A stretch of DNA of 64,000 nucleotides from Sedimentisphaerales bacterium. Its GTDB lineage: Bacteria; Planctomycetota; Phycisphaerae; Sedimentisphaerales; SM23-30. Below the pieces are notes generated by a model, which worked only from the letters and a program-made list of their open reading frames with translations, was not told where the DNA came from and did no database searches. The stretch lies in assembly GCA_963666285.1 (NCBI GenBank), contig OY762711.1. One strand, given 5' to 3'. Numbering within the stretch: the first letter of the stretch is position 1; each line of letters starts with the position of its first letter. Shown here one piece after another: positions 41,190 to 51,262 of the stretch. Position numbers and translations under genes: made by a program.

Positions 41190-41575
41190 TATCAGCCACC
41201 GGCATACACATACTCCGTTAAATATCCCCCGTTAGCGCAGCATAGATCATACAATGATCAATTAACATGCAGAAAATCCACCACCTGCTCCCCGCAAAAG
41301 CAGCTGTAATTAAGAACTTTTGAGTATAGTATCCCAACCCCTCCAAAAGCAAATAAACATAATTAATCAAGGTAACTGGTTTTCTCTTTGTTTTGCTCTA
41401 ACAAATTATAGTGCAATCTGTTACAATAATAACTTAAATTGCTCGCCGCCTGCCCTGAGCTAATCGAAGGACCGCGGCATTCCTTACCTGATACCCCTCA
41501 AACCGATCACAGGTCAGTTTGAGTAAACATTATTTTACAAACATAAATACCATACCACAAAAAACAAGGCATTAA

Positions 41576-42160
41576 ATGAACTTCTCACCCGACAGCAGCT
41601 ACCAGGACCAGGAATTCGACAAAATATCATTCCCAAACCAGGAAATATCAGATATAAACTTCTCGTCTTGCACTTTCAAAAACTGCGACTTCACCGGCTG
41701 TAAATTTCTCGGATCGGCCTTCCACAAATGCTCTTTCGACTCTTGCAACCTCAGCCTGGCAAATTTCTCCGACTCGAGACTCAACCAGGTTAAATTCATA
41801 TCTTCAAAACTCACCGGCATAGACTTCTCTACCGTCAACCCGTTCACACTCAAATTCAAGTTCCAGGATTCAATGCTCAGCAACTGCAGCTTCTCGCACC
41901 TCAAGATCAGAAACACTTCCTTCTCTGGCTGCTCAATCAAAACATGTGACTTCTACGGCACAGACCTCGATAATGCCGACTTCAGTAGAACCGACCTCAA
42001 CGAATCAATATTCGAACAATGCAACCTCACCGGCGCATCTTTCCGAAACGCAAAAAACTACTCTATCAACCCGTCAAACAATAAAATCAAAAACGCAACC
42101 TTCACCATGCCCGACGCTGTGGCATTACTTTACCCATTCAACATCAACATCGAATTCTAA
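41576..42160 (+). CDS. Pentapeptide repeat protein
   Basis: Continuous x-x-F-x-x repeats (CTFKN CDFTG CKFLG SAFHK CSFDS CNLSL ANFSD...). Confidence 0.92.
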   Translation: MNFSPDSSYQDQEFDKISFPNQEISDINFSSCTFKNCDFTGCKFLGSAFHKCSFDSCNLSLANFSDSRLNQVKFISSKLTGIDFSTVNPFTLKFKFQDSMLSNCSFSHLKIRNTSFSGCSIKTCDFYGTDLDNADFSRTDLNESIFEQCNLTGASFRNAKNYSINPSNNKIKNATFTMPDAVALLYPFNINIEF

Positions 42161-42208
42161 ACCCCTCACACTTCCCTCTCCCCTCTTCCCTCTTATCTCT
42201 TCCCTCTT

Positions 42209-42369
42209 CCCTTATCCCTTATCCCTTATCCCTTATGCCTTATGCCTTATCCCTTATCCCTTATCCCTTATCCCTTACCCCTTATCCCTTATCCCTTATC
42301 CCTTATCCCTTATCCCTTACCCCTTATGCCTTATCCCTTATCCCTTACCCCTTATCCCTTATCCCTTAC
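42209..42369. repeat. Tandem heptamer array (CCCTTAT)x23
   Basis: 23 contiguous 7-mers: CCCTTAT with GCCTTAT and CCCTTAC variants. Confidence 0.97.
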
Positions 42370-42394
42370 CTTCCCCTCTCACTTCTTACTTCTA

Positions 42395-42838
42395 CTATTC
42401 AATCCTCAACCTGCTGGCATTATGCCGAAACCCAAACTTCTCATAAAAGCCAAACGCACACTCATTTCCGGCTACCACCACCACATCTATCTTGCCACAT
42501 TCCTTCGCACGCATCCACTCCAGCCCATTTTCCATAAACTGCTCGCCTATCCCGCGACCGCGATACTCCGGCACAATATAGATCGATTCAACCTCGCCCC
42601 GGCCGTATTTCGCGGTACAAAAACAATACCCTACCAGCCTGCCGCCATCCTCGGCAACCTCAATCCGGATCTGATCTTCACGTATACCCGCCAGATGCTC
42701 ACACCGCTTCTGAAAATTATTCGACCGAAAGCTAGCCTTAAAATGCTCCGTACAATCCAGGTGATGGCTGTTCAACTCCATCCACAATCCTTCAACCATT
42801 CCTATCTCATCCAAACCTATTGTCTTTATACTTATCAT
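42395..42838 (-). CDS. GNAT family N-acetyltransferase
   Basis: IYIVPEYRGRGIG, N..A..FYEKFGF. Confidence 0.9.
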   Translation of the reverse strand: MISIKTIGLDEIGMVEGLWMELNSHHLDCTEHFKASFRSNNFQKRCEHLAGIREDQIRIEVAEDGGRLVGYCFCTAKYGRGEVESIYIVPEYRGRGIGEQFMENGLEWMRAKECGKIDVVVVAGNECAFGFYEKFGFRHNASRLRIE

Positions 42839-43272
42839 ATATTCCTCTCATAAAATACTCAAAGTGATCGATCTTAGAATTTGTTTTACAGTAATAAGTT
42901 TTAACTCAATTTGTTATGTTAAAATTAAAATAGTATGCCGCTCTGCGGCAATCCTTCCCTAATACCTGGTACCTAGTAATCGTCCTATTATTCTCTCAGC
43001 TAACTCTTATTTATCCGTGTCCATCTGCGCCCATCTGTGGTTCAACTCTTAAGCGTCAAACCTCGCGCAGCGACTCCTGATTCCTGCCAACGCCAAGCAA
43101 AATGAAATCCGCCCCAGGCGGAGCTCGGCACTTATCGCCGAAGGCGATTTAACAAAGATCGCATCAGCGAATTATTCCTGATGTCAACGTACATCAGGAC
43201 ACCGCAACTCTTCACCCGCTTGCAACATGCGAAGCATACTCAGTTCTTCACTCATCACTTATGTATAAATTT

Positions 43273-43767
43273 CTATAGAATTTTATACATAACATACGCA
43301 TCAACCAGCTTTTCACCGGCATACTTAAACGCGCCCGGCAGCCGACCCACAACCTCAAAACCCAGCTTAGGCCACAAACTCATCGACGCTTCATTCGTCG
43401 CCACCACCAGGTTAAACTGCATCGCCTTATACCCCAGCTCAACCGCAGCCTTCAGCGAATGCTCGCCCAGCTTACGCCCGATCCCAAGACCACGCATCTC
43501 TTTCGCCACCATATACCCGCAATTACATACATGACCGCCCAGCCCCGGCTTATTCGCCATTATATGATAAGTCCCCACTATCCGGCCGGCCTGCTCCGCA
43601 ACATACGCCTTCTCCGGCACATCAAACCAGTAATGCACGCAATCCGCCTTACTAGTCTCCATCGGGTACGGATAAGTTTCGCCCGCACGTATAACCTCTT
43701 CGAAAATCGGCCATATCCCGGCCAGGTCCGCTTCACTCGCCTCGCGTATTATAACTTTCGTTTCCAT
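43273..43767 (-). CDS. GNAT family N-acetyltransferase
   Basis: GETYPY, HVCNCGYMV..EMRGLGIG, MQFNLVVATN...LWPKLGF. Confidence 0.92.
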   Translation of the reverse strand: METKVIIREASEADLAGIWPIFEEVIRAGETYPYPMETSKADCVHYWFDVPEKAYVAEQAGRIVGTYHIMANKPGLGGHVCNCGYMVAKEMRGLGIGRKLGEHSLKAAVELGYKAMQFNLVVATNEASMSLWPKLGFEVVGRLPGAFKYAGEKLVDAYVMYKIL

Positions 43768-43884
43768 AACCTGCCATTATACCCAATCCCAAAACAGATT
43801 AAAGCTTTTTCACCAAACCGCCACCACATAATTCCACAACCGATCAATCAGCCTCGACATAGCCCTTTCCCCACCCGCCAGATT

Positions 43885-44640
43885 CTATCTATGCTTAACC
43901 GCACCAACCATCAGCGCTCCGCACGGCTCTTTAGTATTCTGAGAATTAATTCGCAGCAGCTTCGGCTCCAGCCCGACCTTACAGACCTCACCCAATATGT
44001 CACGCCAATGGCCCAGGTACCTGCTCGGCAGATAACACTTACCGCCTATCTTCTTAACCCCGGCATAAGACACCTCTTTCGACTCACGATAGACTATCTT
44101 CTTCTCGAGTACCTGCTCGTTAAACTTATCCGCCAGAAGTCTCTTATTCACCGGACTGCACATCGACAACAGGATAAAAACTCCGTCATCTTCCAGCAGT
44201 TTATAAACATTTCCCAAATATGATTTTCTATCCTTACTGTCTGTTATGCAATGCAGGCACAGACCGTCGATCACAATATCAAACTTACCATACTTTTTAA
44301 TATCCATACTGCATACATCGCCATGCCGAAACTCAAGATTATTACCACCCGACTGTTCACGGGCCATCGCAATCGCCGTCCTGCTGACATCAACCCCAAC
44401 CCCGCTATATTTATTCCGGCACACTCGCCGCAATATTGTTCCCGTTCCACAGCCAAGCTCAATTACCCGCCCGCTCCGGGCCGACCACGGCTGACCCAGC
44501 ACATCCCTCAAAAAATTATTAATCGCAGGATCATCTGACTTCCCGGTCGTCCCGCTACCGGCCTGACCCCAGGAACTTATACCGTTCGCCTTCATCTTCC
44601 GATAGATAGTTTCATGACCTTCATAAGCCTTCTTTTTCAT
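43885..44640 (-). CDS. Class I SAM-dependent methyltransferase
   Basis: VIELGCGTG, GVDVS, FDIVIDGLCLHCI. Confidence 0.88.
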   Translation of the reverse strand: MKKKAYEGHETIYRKMKANGISSWGQAGSGTTGKSDDPAINNFLRDVLGQPWSARSGRVIELGCGTGTILRRVCRNKYSGVGVDVSRTAIAMAREQSGGNNLEFRHGDVCSMDIKKYGKFDIVIDGLCLHCITDSKDRKSYLGNVYKLLEDDGVFILLSMCSPVNKRLLADKFNEQVLEKKIVYRESKEVSYAGVKKIGGKCYLPSRYLGHWRDILGEVCKVGLEPKLLRINSQNTKEPCGALMVGAVKHR

Positions 44641-45402
44641 TTAACTTCTCCAGTAACCATTCTCCCTCCGCGGCCTTAATGTACAACCATCCTCAAACAA
44701 CCATATCATATTATAACCCAAACCGGCACAGATAACACTCAAAACCAGATTTTTATCCCACATCCCAACTCCGGCACCACCAGCACAATCGCAATTCCCC
44801 ACCAAACTCTTTTTCTTTTTAACGTTTTTCGTGCCTTTTACTATTATCTCTTCCCAGCCTTCAAACTTTATTTGTCCTATTTCCTACTCAAAATATGTCC
44901 CATATGACAGTAGATTAATCAGCCTCGGCGAAGCTGAACGAAGTGAAATCCGCCTTAGGCATAGCCGTTTCAGCTCGCCTCTAACTCTTCTTTATCTGCA
45001 CCCATCTGCGCGGTTCAATCTTTACTCCCGCACCAGCTTTAAAACAAGTCGTCCGCGAATGCGAATTATTCCTGATGTCAAAGTACATCAGGACACCTCA
45101 ACTTTTCATTTTTCACTTTTCATTTTTCATTTTGCGAAGCTTGCCTTCTCCCTCCTCGCTTCTCTCTTCTAACTCTCCTCATTCGTGGTTTAGCTCTTAG
45201 CCCACCCGCGCGATTTAGAATAGCTCGCGTCAGCGAATTATTCCTGATGTCAAAGTACATCAGGACACCTCAACTTTTCATTTTTCACTTTTCATTTAGC
45301 GAAACTTGCCGCTTTCCTTCTCACCTCTAACTCTTCTCACCCGTGGTTCAACTCTTCACCCAAACCTACCTCCCAAAACGATCGTCAGCCGGTTTGAACT
45401 TC

Positions 45403-46083
45403 TTACTTCATCTCCCATCCGCCCGGACAATAATCCAGCCAGTTCGCCGCCAGCACAGCAAAATCTTCCAGGTTCACTTCCATATCATTATTCACATCTG
45501 ACGTCCACCCCTTACCATGCTCCAGCCACTCGCTCGCAAACACCTCAATATCCTCCATACACACCTTACACGCCTGAACCGAATAATTACCCAACGAAAA
45601 ATTAATCCAGCCGATATTCTCACCCCACGCCAAACCGCTAAACTTACCGTCACTATTAATCCTTACATGGGCAAAAGGGTTAGGCCTGCGACCTTCACCC
45701 GGATATCTCGGATCAAAATTAATCCAGCCGACATTCTCGCCCCACGCCAGACCGCTCAAATTGCCATTACCATCATTAACAACACCAATATTATACCCCG
45801 ACAGATTCTTACCTATATATCTTGGCGAAAGATTAATCCACCCGACATTCTCACTCCACACATATCCTGTCAGCTCACTCGAAGATACCTGCGCACCTGA
45901 TCTCCACCCAGGGTCAAAATTTATCCACCCGACATTCTCACTCCACGCATACTTCATCTTCAAATTATACGGATCTATATTCTCGCCGCAGCATATCCCC
46001 GCCGCCAAAATCATCATCACCGCTATATTTCTTATCTTAAGCATTTGCCTAACCCTTATATTCTCAAACTTATCAAAATGCAA
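45403..46083 (-). CDS. Exported protein with W(S/G)EN(V/I)GWINF repeats and dockerin-like C-terminus
   Basis: Four AW(S/G)EN(V/I)GWIN(F/L)-type repeats; DVNNDMEVNLEDFAVLAANWL. Confidence 0.75.
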   Translation of the reverse strand: MHFDKFENIRVRQMLKIRNIAVMMILAAGICCGENIDPYNLKMKYAWSENVGWINFDPGWRSGAQVSSSELTGYVWSENVGWINLSPRYIGKNLSGYNIGVVNDGNGNLSGLAWGENVGWINFDPRYPGEGRRPNPFAHVRINSDGKFSGLAWGENIGWINFSLGNYSVQACKVCMEDIEVFASEWLEHGKGWTSDVNNDMEVNLEDFAVLAANWLDYCPGGWEMK

Positions 46084-46117
46084 ACCAAAAACGAACCGCT
46101 AAACAATATAGCCGGCA

Positions 46118-47449
46118 TTATTCTTGAGCTACATGATTCGTCCCTATAGTATTATTAGAATTACCTGTCATCGGCGTTCCAACATTCCCATAAAACATAT
46201 TCTGATCAATTATACAATTACCCCTATAGTATAAAGTTACATTCGACCAGCCATCAGATTCAGTTCCATTATCACTAAAATTATTAGCTATTATCCTGCA
46301 GCCTCTCCCTACTGACATCGCCCTCATCGAATATGTATTAGAAGAACCAGCTCCGGCTCCGGCACCATTACCCCTCAAGGTATTCTCAATCAAACTGCTG
46401 CTATCAGCGGCAGAAATACCATATACATAATACATCGCATTAATACCATTATTAGAAACAATATTCTCCTCTATCTTGCACGCATAGCTTGCCACCACCC
46501 CATATACATTTGCCAGACACCTTGTCCCATTATTAGTAATACTATTTCCACTCACTTTACAACTCGTACCACACGAAATTCCAGCAACCTTGCCGCTGGT
46601 ATAATCTGCACCATCATTTCCACCATTACTACATGAAACATTATTTATTACTGTTGAGTAAGCTCCTATATCATAGCCATAAATCTCATGCGATGAGCTT
46701 GTCCCTGCCGCTATACCATTCCTGGATGATATATTATCTCGAACTATACATTCCAGAGCTGCGTATATCCCTTTCACATGACCGCTAGCGTTATAGCCGT
46801 TGCCTGCCACCTCACACCCGACAAGCTGCGAACAAAAGCCAACTCTAATACCATATACACTACCACCTGCCTGACTGCCATTATCTAATACCTTGCATCC
46901 CTCAACCTTAGAATTGTCACCAACTCTGATTCCATACACACTTGAAGTAGCACCACCACCATTGCCGCTTATAATACAATCCTTTACCGTACAGTTATCT
47001 AATAAATAAATACCAGATATACCATTTGCTGTTATTTTACAATCGCGTATCACAACTTTACTGTCTTCATCAGAATCTACACCATAAATCCCCTGTGCAA
47101 AGTTTTTTATCGAGCCATTACAGATCTCTACAGAATGGGCGTTATTGACACATACTCCATAACCAGCACCTGCTCCGGTCACAGTAAAACCATTCAGGTC
47201 AAATTTTACATCATCAGCTGTTATTACAATTATAGTACTGTCGGTTGATGTAATATTATCGGTCAGATAATACGAACCCGCTTCACTTATAACCACCGGC
47301 ATATCAGCCTGACCTACAGGTATCCGAGCCTCAACCTCATCCAATGTCTTCATCGTTGGGGCAGGCGCACCAGACGGATTCAAGCTTCCGGCATAGACAT
47401 ATGAACTTACTGCAAACAACATCAAAGTTAAACAAACTAATTTCTTCAT
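46118..47449 (-). CDS. Exported right-handed parallel beta-helix protein
   Basis: Signal peptide, GSLNPSGAPAPTMKTLDEVEAR, GSYYLT, DLNGF, repeated GI...C.V..C.I..NG units. Confidence 0.82.
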   Translation of the reverse strand: MKKLVCLTLMLFAVSSYVYAGSLNPSGAPAPTMKTLDEVEARIPVGQADMPVVISEAGSYYLTDNITSTDSTIIVITADDVKFDLNGFTVTGAGAGYGVCVNNAHSVEICNGSIKNFAQGIYGVDSDEDSKVVIRDCKITANGISGIYLLDNCTVKDCIISGNGGGATSSVYGIRVGDNSKVEGCKVLDNGSQAGGSVYGIRVGFCSQLVGCEVAGNGYNASGHVKGIYAALECIVRDNISSRNGIAAGTSSSHEIYGYDIGAYSTVINNVSCSNGGNDGADYTSGKVAGISCGTSCKVSGNSITNNGTRCLANVYGVVASYACKIEENIVSNNGINAMYYVYGISAADSSSLIENTLRGNGAGAGAGSSNTYSMRAMSVGRGCRIIANNFSDNGTESDGWSNVTLYYRGNCIIDQNMFYGNVGTPMTGNSNNTIGTNHVAQE

Positions 47450-48708
47450 CTCTATCTTTTCCTATTTTATATTTTTCAATGTGACTTATTTCACACTTAT
47501 CTCTAAATCTAATTTCACTGTTTTTTTAGTTGCAATACCGGCCACCGGCCGTACAACTGCACTAACATCTGACTGCGCAGACATTTACATTATCTCAGCA
47601 ATAAATAATGTGGAGTTAAATGCTAAAAACATAACGTCATTAGACAGACAATGGCATACGACCGCAATTTTCTACTAAATTTCAGCCGTTTATTGACTCT
47701 AATACACGATATTTATCTCTACTCTTTGCATAGAATAATAATTTACAATTTACAGACAGGCAATTCAAATTAAAAAACAAAACTTTTTAACCATTTTTCC
47801 ATCACCTTCGCCATACATCCAACCGCCAAACACCGTTATAACCGATACAACTACTACAAACCAACCTCCCGGCACCACCGAAAACAATCGAAATTCCCCT
47901 CCAAACTCTTTGTCTCTTTAACGCTTTTCGCGACTTTTACTATTATCTTCCTCACTTCTCTCTTCTAACTCTTCTGATTTGTGGTTTAGCTCTTTTCCCG
48001 CCGCAGGCGGATTCGTGTCCATTTGTAGTAAAGCTCTTTCTTCGCCGCCAGGCGATTAATTGTCTGCCGCTACGCGGCTTTCATTCCCTGATCCCTGGCA
48101 CCTGAAACCTAACCCCTATATTAATAAAACACGAGCGGTAGCGAGTCACCCTATATATTATTGGTGTGAATTCGTGTCCATTCGTGGTAAAGCATTTTCC
48201 CGCCGCAGGCGGATTCGTTGTTCAATCTTTACTCCCGCACCAGCTTTAAAACAAGTCGTGAGCCGCCAGCGAATTATTCCTGATGTCAACGTACATCAGG
48301 ACACCTCAACTTTTCATTTTTCACTATTCATTTTTCATTTAGCGAAGCTTACCTCTCCCCTCTCTCCTCGCTCCTCGCTTCTAACTCTCCTCATCCGTGG
48401 TTCAACTCTTTTGTATTTTTTACAATTAATCAGACAAACCTTTACAATATATTGAGACCCAACAATCTCCATCCAAACCAGCACCGTTAACGACATAGTA
48501 GATCAGGAATCCCTGCCTGACAATAAACCAACCCTCGCGTAGCGACTCCCAAATCCTGGGAACGCCGAGCACCAGCTCGGCATATTCGGCGCCAGCCGAT
48601 CAAAAACATCCTCGGCATAAACAAAACATTTCCTTTCAAAACCCATATTATAAAGAACTTCTAAAATCTCTCTTCTAACTAATTCATAATATTTGAACCA
48701 TCACTCTT

Positions 48709-49046
48709 TTACCAGAATAAAAACCAAATTGGAAACACAATAAAGCTGTGAACTATTAATATTATTAGTAAGGCGTAATAACAACTTTTAATTATCTTTG
48801 GATAATCTTCTGCCCATTGCCTGATCTCTTCATTTTCATGATCAGAATACAGCTTTATCAATACGCCGCTATACCCTCTAGTTATCCAAAGATTAAACCG
48901 CACTATTTTCCATTCCTCTGGCTCATATTTTTAAGCAGCTTTGCTATTTGTTTTTCATAATAAATCATAATAGCAAAGTATATAATTAGCCAAATTACAT
49001 ATGGAGTAAAATAAGATATTTATTCATAATTCTGGAACCCACTCAT
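48709..49046 (-). pseudogene. Disrupted small membrane-protein gene
   Basis: MSGFQNYE*ISYFTPYVIWLIIYFAIMIYYEKQIAKLLK, then a frame change in an A run to KYEPEEWKIVRFNLW...PIWFLFW*. Confidence 0.35.
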
Positions 49047-49112
49047 TAATAATTCCAATCTCAATTTGCCACCGAAATCCAGACACAATACTCAAAAAAA
49101 TTATCAAACTTC

Positions 49113-49832
49113 CTATAAAACTGCAAATTGACTGGGAGTCTCTTGCCAAGTTCTTCCATCAAGCAAATTGCCATTTTTTTTCTTATTCACTCCTCCCCAC
49201 TGTTTAAAGAAAAATGGAACTTGACTGTCAATGCATTGATTGCGAACATTCCTAACCCATTCCGCTTCTATAGGTCTGCAATTAGGACCAGATTCCCCAC
49301 CAGCTATAACCCAATCAATATTTGTTAAATCGATTACTTCTATATCATCTAATAATGGTTCAAGAGATAGAAATTTAATACAAGCTGGTATGTAACGAAG
49401 TAAATCAATTCTATACTTATAATCCCTTGCCTCTACTGTAACACCCATCCAAATATTTTCCGCCCATTGCAATTCTGATGCTAATTCTGCAAGTCGTTCT
49501 GCTCTTTTTGTTAAAATTTGAAATTGATGATGCGGTGCTCTCATCATGATATCAAATACATCAAAAATATAGCTATCAGAAACATCTTTATGAAAAAGAT
49601 CACTCATAGAATTCACAAAAATTACTTGTGGTTTTTTACTTTTAAGAGGAATTTCTAATGCATGAGGATGACATGTAAGAGCAAAACCATTTTTATAGTT
49701 AGCTTGCCCCATTGCTTTTAGCCTTTTCGCCATTCTTTCAGCATAGCAGTTTTGACAACCTGAACTTATTTTTGTACATCCTGTAACCGGATTCCAAGTT
49801 GATTCCGTCCATTCTATTTTACTATTTTTCAT
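49113..49832 (-). CDS. Phage Gp37/Gp68 (DUF5131) family three-Cys-motif protein
   Basis: SKIEWT..TWNPVTGCTKISSGCQNCYA, FVNSMSDLFH, QILTKR, SLEPLL, WVIAGGESG, FFFKQWGG. Confidence 0.93.
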   Translation of the reverse strand: MKNSKIEWTESTWNPVTGCTKISSGCQNCYAERMAKRLKAMGQANYKNGFALTCHPHALEIPLKSKKPQVIFVNSMSDLFHKDVSDSYIFDVFDIMMRAPHHQFQILTKRAERLAELASELQWAENIWMGVTVEARDYKYRIDLLRYIPACIKFLSLEPLLDDIEVIDLTNIDWVIAGGESGPNCRPIEAEWVRNVRNQCIDSQVPFFFKQWGGVNKKKNGNLLDGRTWQETPSQFAVL

Positions 49833-50952
49833 TAGCTTTGCCTTTGAATTGAACTTTTACTTGTTTTTCTCGAAGATAAAAAGCCTTCCTACGTACTTCT
49901 ACTCCTGTTTGGATATCATTCACTTTAATTTTATCGTCATTTTGAAGCTTTTCCAATAAAGATTTTACTATTTTAGGTGGAAACCCGTTTAAGAGCCCAA
50001 ATTCATATAAGTCTAAATTGGAAGGAGAGTTTTTGGCAACATATTGAACTAGCTCTTGAAGAAAGATTTCCTGTTTTAATGGAAGTTCTACAGGATGAAA
50101 AAGTGGCATATCAACCCACTCATCTCCTATCAAATTAGAATTGTCTTCCCCCGAATTTTCGTCAATTTTCCAACAAACCTCAAGAAATGTTTCCAGACCT
50201 CTCAAATTACCACTACCAAATATAATTCCATATATATTAGAACCTTTCTTTATTGAAAATGGAGCTAAATAATATTCGCGGACAGTATGCTTCCTAAAAT
50301 TTTCACAAACAAATTTATGAATCATTTTATAAGGAGTTTCTTTTATGCTATCAATATCAATATTAAGTTTGGGACAAAATATGTCTTTAAATCTATTAAT
50401 AACAGATGTTGATATGAAAAACAATATATCAGTATGATGAAGTTTAGAAAGTTCATTAAGAATATCTGGTGTGATACAATCAACTCCACATTGGTCCATT
50501 ATGATCAAATTTGCTGATTCATTTTTTTTAAGCTTCGGCAATGTTTTACTTATTGCTTCATCAAAAGTTTCGTTAGTGTATTCAAATTGACAACACTTAT
50601 TTGAACATTTAACACTTTTAGCATTTTCTTTTAATTGTTCAATATTATCACTATCTTTATCATTAAAAAGGATTTCAACTTCTATATTTGCTTTAAGGTC
50701 ATTATTGGTTTCACAATAGTTTTTAAGTTCATCTATGATAATTAAAGGAGAACCAACAACGCCTTTACAGTCATACCCAGGTCCAGAGAAAAAGTCATAA
50801 ATACGAATTGTACCAAAGTTTCTTCGACTATCTCTAGTAGCTGTCATAAATTTAGGAAGCCAGTTTCTAATATACATTTTAAATATTTCTAGCTTAGTTT
50901 GCGTCCCTTCATCAAATGCATTGTCGTGAAATTTCTTTGCCATATACATCAA
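49822..50952 (-). CDS. Three-Cys-motif partner protein (TcmP-like)
   Basis: TQTKLEIFKMY...W, YDFFSGPG...GSP, IMDQCG; overlaps the DUF5131 gene, the usual pairing. Confidence 0.85.
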   Translation of the reverse strand: MMYMAKKFHDNAFDEGTQTKLEIFKMYIRNWLPKFMTATRDSRRNFGTIRIYDFFSGPGYDCKGVVGSPLIIIDELKNYCETNNDLKANIEVEILFNDKDSDNIEQLKENAKSVKCSNKCCQFEYTNETFDEAISKTLPKLKKNESANLIIMDQCGVDCITPDILNELSKLHHTDILFFISTSVINRFKDIFCPKLNIDIDSIKETPYKMIHKFVCENFRKHTVREYYLAPFSIKKGSNIYGIIFGSGNLRGLETFLEVCWKIDENSGEDNSNLIGDEWVDMPLFHPVELPLKQEIFLQELVQYVAKNSPSNLDLYEFGLLNGFPPKIVKSLLEKLQNDDKIKVNDIQTGVEVRRKAFYLREKQVKVQFKGKANEK

Positions 50953-51230
50953 TCCTTTTTCAAATACAATTACTTATATAACCAAACCGATTTCTCGCGT
51001 CAGCTTTAAATCATCCGTGAGGCGTCAGCCGAACACCGCAACTCTTCACCCGCTTTAGCGACATGCGAAGCATACATAGTTCTTAACTCTTCACTCAATA
51101 AGCTTCTTCATATCCCACTCCAAACTTACTCAACAACTCCAAACACAGCTACTTTCCGCGCCAGCATAATCAAACGTGAGGCGTCAGCCGAACACCGCAA
51201 CTCTTCACTCTTAGTTCTTCACTCTTCACT

Positions 51231-51262
51231 TAGAATTAGAACTTTCATAAGTTCTAATTCTA
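51231..51262. other. Perfect 14-bp AT-rich hairpin abutting the GGDEF stop codon
   Basis: TAGAATTAGAACTT-TCAT-AAGTTCTAATTCTA. Confidence 0.6.

Noticed and set aside
41576..42160. Qnr quinolone-resistance gene
   Set aside because: The pentapeptide fold alone is not diagnostic, and no Qnr-specific features could be verified by eye
41946..42853. Plus-strand ORFs with IPYPLSL repeats
   Set aside because: They are translations of the (CCCTTAT)n tract and of the antisense strand of a GNAT gene
31728..48305. Palindromic ~28-37 bp repeat as a CRISPR array
   Set aside because: Copies are mostly kilobases apart, with genes rather than unique 30-40 bp spacers between them; no cas genes in the window
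39900..51200. Integron cassette array (co-oriented GNAT, methyltransferase and small genes separated by repeats)
   Set aside because: No RYYYAAC...GTTRRRY attC boxes were seen where I checked after the GNAT stop codon, no integron integrase is present, and genes have long upstream regions of their own
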